Source: Raillietiella orientalis (lineage: Eukaryota). Taken from it: a DNA stretch of 64,000 nucleotides. A program made the position numbers and the translations under genes. Below are positions 1-12,100 of the stretch, in pieces. The stretch spans positions 9,052,001 to 9,116,000 of the forward strand of contig JAYWIR010000001.1 of NCBI GenBank assembly GCA_036172245.1, written 5' to 3'. Numbering within the stretch: position 1 is the stretch's first letter; each line of letters starts with the position of its first letter. The notes under the pieces were generated by a model. It worked only from the letters and a program-made list of their open reading frames with translations, did not search any database and was not told the origin of the DNA.

Positions 1-949
1 CGTACCCGCGCCTCCCATGGGAGCAGAGCGTGCGATTGCCTCTGGCAACGAGCGGCATCCTGGAAAGGGGCAGCGGGAAGGACGAAGGGAAACCGAGGCC
101 GCCTTCCACGTGGATTGGTAGGCGCAGGGATCCCCGCGGGCTTCACGCCAGGTCAAGGGGTGGTGGTGAAAGGTGCCGCTAGGACGCGGGAGAGTGGCGC
201 ATACTTCCCCCCCCTCCGCCTCCGCTGCTCAGTATGCGTGCCCCCTCACTGTGTTGTTTCCCCAGGGCCCCCCACAACTCAGTCCTTCCCACCCTGGATG
301 AGGATGGGGAAGGTATTCTCCCTCTCGAAGGGCAGTGCCCTGCTCCCCATCCTCGGCAGCTAATGTCCCGCCAGGCGGCGCGACGCCGAAGGGGAAAGGG
401 CGGGGCCCAGTTTCTCCCGGTACGCCGCGAGTTCTAAAGGGCGGAGAGGAAAGGAAGGAGGCGACTGGAGTCTCCCCGTCTGCGACGCAGCATCAGCCAG
501 GCGAGGGTACGGCGCGGGCTTTTTCGATGGCTCCTCTGCTGGACTTGTGGACACGAAGGGTAGTCCTCTCTCGCGAGGTCTCCCTAAATCACCATCGAAG
601 ACCAGCGTGGGCTGCCCTTTCGTTTCCCGTCCGTCGAGCTCCCCCGCTTCCGTTCCTCTCTCCCAGGGGGCGGCTGGAGCGCCGTTCACTCGGGACCGCC
701 GCTAACGAGGGGCTGCCGACCCGCCTCCTCCTCTTCCTCCCTTCCTCTTCTCTTCCTTCCCCTCCTCCTTTCCACCTCTTCTTTTCTTCTACTTCCCTTC
801 CTCCTCTTCCTTCTCCTCCTCTTCAGGGAGGACACGGCGATGCCGCGGTTGCAGTGCCTTCCGGATGCGCAGCGGCGACGGTGAAGGCGGAAAGAGGAGG
901 TAAAGAGGAGGAGGAAGGGAGGAAGAACGGAAGAGGAAAAAGACGTTGA

Positions 950-3900
950 TCCCATGACGAGACGTGCAGTTCGCGTGCTTTGGAAGATTTGGAGACGACG
1001 GCTTCCTCCAGGAAGACGTCTGGTTCCTGGTTCCGGAAGCAGAGGAAATAGGGAAAGTCGAAGCTCCAGTCATGGGGATGGAGCAGGCGTATTTGTCGGA
1101 CGGCACCTGCAACCTATCGCGGTCATGCGCTGCCCTCGACGAGGGGGCGCACTTTCATTTACCGAACGTGCGTCTTCTTTTCTGTGCCCTCGGCTCGATC
1201 TCTGGGGGCATTCTCCGGTGGGTTGAGGATGAGTCGCCTCCAAAGGGGGAGGCAGTCCGTATTCCCAGCACTGCATCTCTGGTCTCACGGGAGGGTTCCG
1301 TCCTCCCCAGACCACCATGAATGATCCCTTCCTTCACCTCTTCTCTCCTTTCCTACCATCCTTCCATCTTCCCCCCATCCTTCCTCACGTTTCAGTTCCC
1401 GGTTGCTCGTTCGGCTCAACGGCAGTCGGTTGGAGTCGCTACCCTCGACTGGAGCATCAGCGAAGGAAAGTGCTCAACCGCTCTCAGAGATGGAAGCACG
1501 CGCATCTCTCTCCCGCCTCTCTCTTCCTCGCGCCGTGGCCGCACGCTCGCCCTGCCTGGCTCGGAGGTCGCCGCCAGCAAGTGCGTCGCTCCGCTCCCCT
1601 GGTGCCTCGCCGCCGCGGGTTGCGGCGGGGCGTCGATCGTGAGAGTTCGGGACGCTCCTCCGTTGCGCGAGGAGGGGGAAGGACCGAGAGGAGCGGCAGT
1701 CCGAGTTTTTCCGTTTCCTTGGAGACTGAGGCGGCTCTCGGCACTTTGGACCAGCCTCCCGGGAGAGATGGAAAATGAAGGCAAGGAAGGTGGCAAGCGG
1801 AAGCCGGGAAGAGTCGGATTGTGGCCGCTGGGATGCGTTCCTGGAGAGTTTCCATAAAGAGGACTCGCTTCCAGAGCTGGATTCTCCTCGGTCCTGGATT
1901 CTCAGCATCCTTATGCGAGTGCGGCGGCTCAGCACAAGACCGAGCCCCCGCTCGTGGATCTGTAGGAATTCCGTAAGTCCGGGAAGCGGGAAGGTCGCGC
2001 GGATGTCCTCCAGGAACCTCCCCGCACCCTCGTCCTACGTCCCCTTCTCCCCATTCCTCACGTGGATTTCCTCGGTTGAATCATCCGGAATCGAAGCGGA
2101 TTGGGATCACATGGTCTCCGGAAAGTCTGGAACGAGGAAGAAATGGGCACCAGCCTATCCGGTTTCACCGCTGCGAACCTGGAGCTCACGATGGCGCTCC
2201 GAGAGCCATGGTGAGCTCCCGAGTCGCAGCAGCGGCAATCGTGAAAGTGGGGAACTGTGTCGCGTGTTCCCGAGAGAACGCGGTCTTTCCCTGCACCCTC
2301 GAATGGTTTCCGGGAGGGGGAACCTGACGCCGTGACGAGGGAGGAGAGGGGAGGGGGGGTGGCACTGGCGGTGCTAGGTGCTGCCGCAGGACAGTCTGCC
2401 CGCCCAAGGAGAAAAAAGCGGGCGGAAACCGTCGCCCAGGCTTCGAGATTCCTCCCCGTTCCTCTCCCGACTCTGGGAAAGACAAATGGCTCTTCTACCC
2501 ACCCAGATTCTCCGGGATGACCCAGGACGCCGACCGGAATCCTTCCCGCCCTTTCTTTCTCGTCATCCCTTTCCTCTTCTTTCCTATTGTCTCCAGCACC
2601 TCCGCAAGGTGTGCTTCCGGGAGCCGCGGGAGACGGTGAAGGGGAGGGGGGAGAAGGGGAGGAAGCGACGCTTCCGGTCAGACCTCTTTCCTGTCCCTCT
2701 GAGGGTCGTGACTTCGCTGCCGCTTCCTACCGCTGCCGGCGTTAGCGAGCGCGCTCATCTTCCTCCTCCTCCTCCTCCTCCCTCCCTTCCCTTGTCCGTA
2801 CACCTCCAGGGAGACGCCACGGCACGCGTGGGAGATGCTCTCTCTCTCTCTCGCGGGTTTCCTGGAGGGCACGCGGCGCAGTAAGGCGCGGGAGGAAGGG
2901 TGGAGGTGACGCTCGTCCGTCACTCCTGGGATCCCTGCTGCCCTCTGGGAAACACCCTCGTCGTTAGATTCCCGGACTCCCAGAGGAGGTCATTCGATTC
3001 TGCTCCCTTCCACTGGACGTATTCCCTGACGGGGGAGCACGCGCATCGCTTCCTGGTACGCTTAGCACACGTGTCTCGTTCGCTCTGCAGGGGATGGACG
3101 TCCTGGGCAGCAGTCTCCATAGGAACATGTCCAGACACTCGGCACCTCCGGAGCACGCGTCTCTCAGGGAAAAGGAGGAGTAAAAAAGAGTAGGAGGAAG
3201 GGAGGAAGAGGGTGCGAGGAGGAGGGCTCGAGAGAAGTGCAGGTCGTCCGCTGTTTTTTTTAAATGCACTTCGCTTCATCTGTTCTCTCCCCGTGTTGAG
3301 GACAGGCTACTCCCTTCATCGGGAACCCTGGGAGATGTCTTTTCTCCCTCCTTTTCATTCTCTCGGTCCCACTCCTTGCAGAGGAACAAGAAAGGAAAAG
3401 CCGAAGAAGGGAAAAAGAAAGGCAGCTGAAGAAGCGGAGTAGCGGGGAGGGGGGGGCCTTCGCCGCTCTGCTCCGACAGCATGGGCAGCAGCCTGTTTTC
3501 AGGGGGAGAAAGGTAGTCATGCCAACCCACCACCGTCACCACCGCCTAGCGGCTGCGTCGTCTCGCCGCCGCCTTGCGAACCGTGGCGACCGCGAGGCGG
3601 CGATGAGCGCACGAGCTCTCTTTGCCGGCGGCGGCGGAGGAAGCGTGCCGTCACGACTCGCTCGTCATCATGGCCGCCGGAACCTCTCGCCCTCGAGGCG
3701 TACGCGGAGCGGAGCGTCAGCGACCCTCTGCTAGGGCAGGGGATGGGGGGGGAGAGGGGGGGGGAAGGAGAGATCGTGACTTGAGCGCGCGCACGCCCTC
3801 TTCCGGGCCGCTCGTTCTCTTCTGCTTGTCGCCGCCGCCGCCCTTCTCTTCCTCTTTCCGCTCCCTCCCCCTTCCCAACTGCATCACTTTCCTCGACTTC

Positions 3901-6900
3901 CACCCTCCCTGGAGCAACGCTCCTGGCGCTCGCCCAGCGCCTCCCCCCCTCCTTCTCCGCCCTTCTTTCCCTGAGCGCAATTTCCGCTCCGGCGCCCGCC
4001 TGCCGCCGACGCCTCCTCCGGGTGGAGACTGCGCGCCGCGCCGGCCGTTCGCGCGCGCCACTGCATCTCCCGAGCGACCGAGAGGGCTTCTGGCAGCGGC
4101 GGAGGCCTTCCTGCTTTCCCTGTGCAGGGGCGCGTCAGCCGGGAATGGGGTGGAAGAGGGGCATATTTTCGATGAAGGGGGTCCTCCGCCTAAGGTCTCT
4201 GGGGCCGCGGGGAGCGAGAGCGCCTCCAGATAGGATGAGGAACTAGGGAAGGAGTGCTGGTTCCCTGAGATGTCTCAAGGAACGCGCGAAATCGTGGAGG
4301 GGGGGATCGGGTTCTTTGCACGTGAGGGGCAGAAAGGGAGAAAGGGAAGCCAGGAACTCCTCCGGGGGAGTTGCGAAGACCGCTACCCTCATTCCCCCCT
4401 TATCGTGCTCCTCCCCGTCTGCCGTTACCCGGATTCCGGCGCTCCGAGCTCCCGCCTTCGCGCCGCTTCGCCCGCTGCGCCACGCTACGCTGGCGCGCCG
4501 ATTCCTCCTCGGCCAAGGTGGGCTGGAGTGGGTGGAGGCGGTGCCACCTGCGCTTCCGCAACGGCGGAGGACCTTCGGGACGCCGAGGGAGGGTAGGACC
4601 ACGAGCCTCCTCCTCAAGACCCGCCCCGAAGCTCCCCGCGTGGGCACGCGGCGGCATGCAAGTGCCGGAACGTGCGCGCGCATCCCGCGGCCCGTTCGGT
4701 TTCCCTCCAATCGCCATGTTGGAAATCCTCAGCGACGGGGGAAAGCGCCTATGGCGCTTAGTGGGTGCCACACGCGGCGCACGAACGCACGAACTTCCCC
4801 CCTTCCCCTCCCTCGCGCCTGTCTTTTTTGCTTCTTCTTCCTGCCTTTTCGGTCTGCTCTCCCGTCGTGGGCTGCCTCCGCGCCAGGGCTGCGCGACGGG
4901 CTGCACGAGAAGCTCGGGAGTCGACTGCGGCGGTTTCCCCCACCCCCTTCCGCCCTCGCCGTCCGTCCGGCAGGGCCGGAAAGGAGGGCGCGGCTCTTCA
5001 TCCCTCCCTCCCTCCACTCCTTTTCGCCAGGGGAGGGAGAGCTCTCAAGGAATTCCTCAGCGGTGCTCTGGAGCACCCTCATCCCGCGGGCGATCGGTCG
5101 GAGCGGAGTCGCTGCCGGCGGAGGGGCGTATGGACCCGCCCAGCAGCATCAGCCGCGCGCGCACCCGCCATCTTGGAAACGGAGGCGAGGACAGGAGAGA
5201 AATCGCGCAAACCAAAATCGGCCCGTGATGCTGCTCCCGGAAGGCTCCAAGCCCCGTCAGTCGGGAAGACTTCTGGGCTAGGTGTCCGCAACCCTCCCTG
5301 GACTTTCGGACCCACCGCCTTACGGTCGCAAAGCAGCGAGCCTGGAGGTCAAATCTCGGCTAGCGCTCGCGGCAGTGCACATCGCGAACGATCCCACTTT
5401 CCGGGCAGGGGATCTTCTCCCGGGTACCCGGGAAACCAAGAAGCAGCAGCTCTGGCCCAGGAGCGCCTCTCCTCCCGCTGAGAGTGCTACCCTGCTCTTC
5501 GAGTCTTCTCCCCCTTCCGCCCTACGCTGCTCCTTGTCCTGAATCCGCACCATCCTCTCACTTTTCCCTGCCTCCGCGGAATATCCATCAGAACGATCGC
5601 GGGAACGCGCCACCGTCGCCGCCGCCCGTCGGACCGGAAGATGCAGCCGCGGCATCGCCTTGGTCCTCCTTGAGGAGAGGGAATAGAAGAGGAAGAAGAG
5701 GAGGAGGAGACAAGGAGTAAGAGAAGAGACCCAAGGAGGAGGAGAGGAAGGGAGGAAGAAAGGAAGAGGAAAGGAAGGCAGGGAGAGAAGGAGGAGGAGG
5801 AGCTTCGGTATCTCTCCCTTTGGGATCCCTCGTGCTTTCCCGATTAACCGCGCCCTCCCGTGGAATGCTCCGATGTAGTCCGTCGCTGCCGCTTTTTGGG
5901 AGTCCCTTCGCTTACTCCTGAAGCTCTCCCTCACCAGGAGGGAAGGTCCTTCACAGAAGGCATCCGCTTGGACCAAAGTCTCTGCGTCCCCAGCCCGCGC
6001 GCCCCGCAAGGCTGCCCGGCTTTCTCCCCTCCTCCCTTTTTCTCCCGAGCGGGAGAAGATGGCGTGCTCGCGGTCGGTCGCCGGCGCACTGCCGGCGTTG
6101 ACTCCTACCCTGCGACCGCCTGCCCTGAGGAGAGGAGGCGCCCTTCTCAAGGGCATTCCTGCACCAAGGAAACCGTTCGAGTCGGAAGGGATCGCTCGGC
6201 ACGGACGAGAAGGCAGCGGGAGGTGCCGGCTCTCCCTCTTCCCCCTCCCCGTCGGGAAGGAGGGGTCTCCGCGCGTTCCTCCCGTGCCGACTCCCTCCCT
6301 CCCTTCCCTCCGCGTGCCAGAGGACTCGCCGTCTTCTCCGGCGGAGAGCTCAGGAGAAGGCGCGAAAGAAAGAAGTGGCTGAATGATCATGAGGGAGAGC
6401 GCGGCCTCCGCAGCTCATCTCGCGGGATGTCCCGACTAGGCATTTGGCACCTCCGGCGGCGATCCAGGGGTGCGCGATCTTCAGAGCCGGCGGCGCCCCG
6501 TTGCCCTCCTCCCTGCGCTACTTGTGGGAGGCATCCGCTTCGGGAGGGAAGGCTTGCGTGAGCCGCCCCGGTGACGGGGTCGGACGGGTGCACCGGCGTC
6601 ATGGGCGGCGGCGGCAAAGAGCCGTCGCGTAGATTTCCAGACTCTGAGCACCGAGGAACGCTCGTACGATTCCCAAGCGCCCGCATTCGTGGCGTGCAGA
6701 AATGGGAGGAGGAGGGGGCAGTATCTAGGCAATGGATGATTCCAAGCCGCGCTGCGGGGGAGAGAGAGAAGGCCGGGTTGCCTCTCCGCCGTTACTCTCA
6801 GAGCTCCCGGAGTCGCCTCAAAGTCCCCGCGCGGGTAGACCACGCAGAGAAGGCTTCAAACTGCTGTCAGTTCTTACGACCGCTCAGAGGTCGGGGTCAG

Positions 6901-8020
6901 CTCCAGCTAGGGAAGCCATAGGGGTCGGTGCCCGGGAGTTTCTTCGGACTCATTCGCCCCGAGAGGGGCAGGGTGGGCGCCCATCGGTGGACGGTGGGCG
7001 TGGAGGAAGAGGTAGTCTCCCGCCCCTCGCGCCACCGTGTTGGGTTCAGCCCTGCCCAGGAGCGTCATAGGAGGAGGACCTCTGGTCGTCCCGTGGTCGT
7101 CAGGGGAGGAGGAAACGCCCTCGGATGGCGAGAGCGCAGCTTCCGTCTTCCTCCAGGAGAGCGAGGGTTTCCAAGGGGGCTCGCCCCCGTCTGGCCCTAG
7201 CACAGGAGGAAGCCGGAGATTGGTCCGCCCCGCAGGGGCATCCTTTGGGCAAGCGTGCGATACCCGAGAGACGATGGAGGGGAGAGGAAGGAGGGGCTCA
7301 CGACTCCGAGCTTCCGGGTCGCATCTTCCCTGTGCATCCCGGATCCTCCCACTGGAGCCACCCCTCGTTCCCTGCTTCGAATCTCTCCTCTCTCCGAAGG
7401 GCCGGAATTTTTTCCGTTCCCCCTCCGTGCTTTCGGGAGGAGCGCACGTATCCGCATGCCTTTCCCCGCCGTGGTCATCACTGCCAGTGGAAGAACACGT
7501 AAAGCCACTGTTCCGCTTCCGGTTGCGCCTCCGTGGTGGCGCCACTCGTCCGGCAGGCGGTGCACCACTCAGTCCATCCGAGAGACGTTCTTTTCTTTCC
7601 CCCAGACGGAACGGCAGGACCCTTCTTCCAGTCCCGAACCCTGCCCCCGTGAGACCCCCCCTACGCACCCAAGGGGTCTCACGGGTGGTGGTAATGGTGG
7701 TGTTTAATGCTGAGGTGCTCCCGCAGAGGATGCAGGCGTTCAACCTGTACAGCCCTTGCTGGATCGTGTGCACACCTGTCCGCGTGCCGTCGCCAAAGGA
7801 AACCGAAAACCGGCGCGCCTCGTAAGGAGGCTGTGACGGAGGAGGGCGACGGGCCTCTTTCCATGAGGTCGCCGAGCTGCGGAGAGAGAGAACCTGCCTG
7901 CTCGCGGCCCGTGCAGCCACCTGTTGCGCAGTGACAGCTGCTGCCCGTGAGTCAACCGCTGGCCAAGAGTCCCTGGATTTGCCCGCGCGTAGCACGAGCT
8001 GAGCGCGCGCGGGGTTTCGG
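950..8020 (-). mobile_element. Possible fragmented Polinton/Maverick remnant (retroviral-like integrase with C-terminal chromodomain, followed by a penton-like gene)
   Basis: Weak colinear remnants: LSSCYARANPGTLG (~7990), QQGLYRLNACIL (~7745), GADPDL (~6895), AIPSDSNGF…EHAIFSRSGEK…DYIGAFHGRARLIG (6200-5830), chromodomain KRTRKR…REYVQWKGAESNDLLWESGNL (3065-2965), and penton-like GGDSSSTHRRMPP…RTFG (~1240-1100). Confidence 0.33.
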
Positions 8021-8460
8021 CATCTTTTCTGTTCCGGGTTCCGGGGACTGCTCCTCCGGAACTCGGAGGGCGTCCCCTACTCGCCCCGCGTTTCGAAAGC
8101 GGTCGAAACCAGGTGCGACCCGGTGAAGATAACCGGGAAGGTGTGCCGCTCCTCTTCCGGCGGCCGAAAAGGCCGCGCGAGACCGACCCACCCTGGAATT
8201 TTTTCGCGCCGTTGCCTACCTTGCCGCGCCCGGGGGCGTGAAAAAAAAAGGGGACATCTCTCTCGTCCCGCCTTCCGTAGAACGGAAGCGTTGTTCCGCT
8301 GCTGATTCGGTGTTCCGGCAGGGTTCGGGTCTCTTTCCTCCCTTCGCAAATCCGTCGCGTCCCCGCTTGTCTCGTGTGCCAGCTGAGCAAGAAGAATCGC
8401 TTTTTTTTTTCCATTTTTTGTTTTTTTTCCCGTGTGACGTAGCCTGCCGCATCACAGGCT

Positions 8461-8464
<4 letters not shown>

Positions 8465-8492
<28 letters not shown>
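8465..8492. repeat. (CA)n microsatellite
   Basis: Direct read. Confidence 0.95.
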
Positions 8493-9149
8493 GTGGCAGT
8501 GCGCGCCTCGTGCCCTTGGCAACCGCGGAACAAGAGAGAAAAAAGAAAGGGAAAAAGCGGCGGCGCCTGCAAGTGTACGGCTTGATCGCGCGTGTGCTTT
8601 TGCTTTATTCGCTTTTTTTTTTTTGCATTTGGTGTGTTCGCATTGCCACCTTCGCGGACGAAGCGCGGAGCGGCTCTGCGCCCGAGGCCCCGTTCTTTCA
8701 ACCACTTTCGTAAACTACCCTGTATATCCGGGCTTTTGTAGACATGGAGTCAGAAGCTCGTTTCTACAGGTACCTTGCGGAAGGAGGGCCACAGTCAGCG
8801 TTGGCCTCGCGCCGAAGGCAACGAGGACCACGGTTCCTCTGCTTCGGGGTGCAAAGGGGAAAGAGCGGTCCGACTCGCGGACCCTTGCCTCCCTCCACGG
8901 TCCTAACCACTCCTGGTGCTTGCGCCAGACCGGGGTTGCATAGGGGTTACCCCCCTCCCGGTTTTCGCGTGCCTCTCTCGGAAGCGTCGACGTCCGTGCT
9001 GTTCCCGGAGCTCCTGCCGCAAAGCAGCGTTTTCCCGCAGTGCCACCCCTCGGCTCTGGCTTCCGGGTTCCAAGTGGGTTTTGGTTCGCGCTTATCCTTC
9101 CGCTGCCAGGAGTCGCTTCTCGGAGACGGGACCCTTCCCAAGGGAGGTC

Positions 9150-12100
9150 ACCTGGTTTCCAGCTCTTCCTCCGAAAGACCATGAGCGACGAAGAAGAGGA
9201 ACGTTCTTGCGTGAAGCGAACGTTCGAAAAGTGGTGAAGGTACCGAGATTACCACCGGCCTTTGCTTTGCTTCCAGAATCCTCAGACGATTTCCGGTCAA
9301 CGGGACGCCGTCTAGCAACAAGCTCTTGCTGCCTTTGCAACAAGAGCTCCGGAGTCTGGGTGAAGCACGTGATTTCCTGTGCTCACCTCGGGATGGCAGT
9401 TGACGGTATTTCCGCAAAGGTCTCTTAGCTCCATCCCACCTCCGCTGCCGGTTGCTGCGGCACCCTCAGCGTCACCGCGGAAGAGCATCTGGTTGCTGTT
9501 GCAACAACAGAAGCAGTAGCAAAGCAATGGTTCGTGAAGGCTGCTGATTGCTGCAGCAACCGGCAGCGAAAGTGAAGGAGAGTTAATAGCTCTTTGCGGA
9601 AGCACCGCCGGCTGCCACCCCGAGGAGAGCGCAGGAAATCACGTGCTTCACCCGGAGCCCTTCGTTTGCCGTAGGCCATCACCGCCACCTCCGGGTGATC
9701 ATCTTTGATGCGGGGGTCTTCGCAGTGTGCCCACTCCACAGCTCCCTGGGGAGGTAGGAAGGTAAAGTTTCTGCCAGGAGCCGGCGGGTGTGGGGGGTGA
9801 GCGTTGACGTGCGCGAGTTGCCGACCCATGCGGTCTCCTGATCTCCCACTCCCCTTTCTATTTCTTCTTCTGTCTGCGGACCGCGAGCTGTTGGGTGGAT
9901 GGACGCCGACGCAGCGCTTCGAAGGAGTAAGGTTGGCAACCTCTTGGTCTGGCGCCCACCCGTCGGCCTAAGTCTCTTGCGTGTCGGACGCGTTCCCCCC
10001 GCCTCGCTTCCTGCTCCGTCGTTGGCGCGGAAGCTCCGCCCTTCTGCCGTCGAAGGACCGGATTGCTCCAAGGCAAAGCCTGAGGTCTTGGCAGCTCGAG
10101 AGCGAGCGGTCTCTGAGAGGGAGGAGGTGAGGTGGGGGAGGAAAGGTGCCCCGGGTGGCCTCAGAATGCTCAGCCTTCGGGAATGCGGAGAGGAACTATC
10201 CAGACTTTCCAAGATCCTCTCCTTTTTCTATTTTGAGCTCACGCATCCCGGTCGACCTGGGGACGGGCGTGCGTGCTCTCGGCGCTGCAGAGGAGGTCAG
10301 CGTTTCCAAAAATAAAGCATCGGTTCTGAATAGGATGCCAGGGTCTGCTCGGCGCAAGACTGCGCAGTCCCAAGAGTGCAGCGCACTTGGGATGAGAGCA
10401 AGCGTTTCTTCCCGTTTTTATTCCTCTTTCCCTCCCTCCTGATCAGCTTTCCTCCTGCGGAGACGAGCCGAAGTCGATTCGGGGAAGGAGCGGGGGCAGT
10501 CCGGCCGCTGAGGGCGGAGCCTGCAGGCGGGAATGGTTCACGCGCTCCGGGTGCACGGCGTCTCTGCCCGGGGCCGTCACAATCTGCCCCGCCTGGTGGG
10601 ACCGCAGGTGCCGTCTCAAGTGCCTAACGAGAGCGCCCCTCGCTGGTCCGAGGGAGGGGAGGAGGGGGGGCGCCTTCGTCCCATCGCAAGGAGAGAGCTG
10701 TCAAGAGGGTCGGCGCTCTCTACCCCCTTCCACCCGCCTTGCGGCGGTGAGGCCGCAGCCAATAGCCGTGCGCAGCGCGGGACGCCGAGCGCGGCATCCA
10801 GCGTGCCGGATCGGCGGCCGCGTGACGTGACCACAGCAACAGGAGGAGGACGAATTTCCCTGCGGCACGTGAATCGCCCCAGGGGTTGTTCTCGACGCGA
10901 ACGACCTCGCCTTGTCGCGCCCGGTCGTAGGTGGCGCTCGCCCTGCTTGTCAGAGTTCACCGTGGGTCCGCCGAACGCGGGGTTCTCTTCCCCTCTCCCC
11001 TTCCCAAGAAGACACGAGGTCTCCCCAAGACACGCACGTGTGCGTGTCCTCCTTCCAGAGCACATGCAGCCACGGAAGAGGAGGCGATTGAGAGGAGCAG
11101 CCTTCGTTGCGCTCTTTTCCGCTGCCGCTCCTGAATCGACTTCTCGGGCGGCGGTCTCCAGGCGCGTGACCTTCCTCCCCCGTCAGCTTCCCTATGGAGC
11201 CGTGCCGACATTTTCCAGCGCTCCGGCTGTAAAAATCCAGCGGGCACATTGGAGATCGCCCGGTGTCTGGATTTCAGGACTCTGCGCCCTCCCTCCTTCC
11301 CGTTGACTTCGGGTGCGCTCTCTGCGAGACGAGGGCTGGCGAGCGTAGCGCGGGTGTGGATCCTTGTCGGGTCTCCAAGGTTACGTAGGTTGGAGGTAGA
11401 AAGCTGTCTGCGACTGTGAGCATGCACGGACTCCCGCCCGCGCGAAGCGCCCCGCGAAGTCGAGGTTTCCTCCGTTCGCCTTGGACTGCACCGAAGGGAT
11501 GACATCACTCGTGCACCCTGGGGTCTAATGAACCCCCGGAGCGCGCCCGATTTGCTTCGCGCGCCATCCTCTCCTGCAGGTCCAAAAGCGTGGGGGAAGG
11601 AAGCAACTCCGGATCCGCTCCAGTCGCGGCGGCGATCCTTGTACACGCACCGTTCCTCAGCATCCCCGAGATTTCGTTCGCTTCGCTGATCGCGCGCGGG
11701 AGCATCACGTGCTGCGCGTCGCGGAGGAGTCATGCCGGCGGCGGAGGCGGCGGCGGATCGGCTCGTTTCTCAGCACGTCTGGTGGCTTCGCATCACGTGG
11801 GAAGATCGCCTAGGGCGCAGCGTCTCGACCTTCCAGGAGGTCACCGGCGGTCCAAAGAAGACGGGTCCAAAGAAAGACCCTCTTTCTCGTGCCCACTTCC
11901 GAACGGGATCTCTAGCCCCATTGAGGGCCATCCAGAGGTCCAAGAGCACTGGTACCGCCTCACGCAGGGTCCGTTGGATCCACCTTCAAAGTACTGCTCG
12001 CACATGGTCCTACTTGGTTGCTTGCGGGCTGCCCCTGCGCGCCCTCAGCTTATGCAGGCGAGAAGCTTTAGCGGCTGACAAGTTTCCCTTTCCTGGCCGT

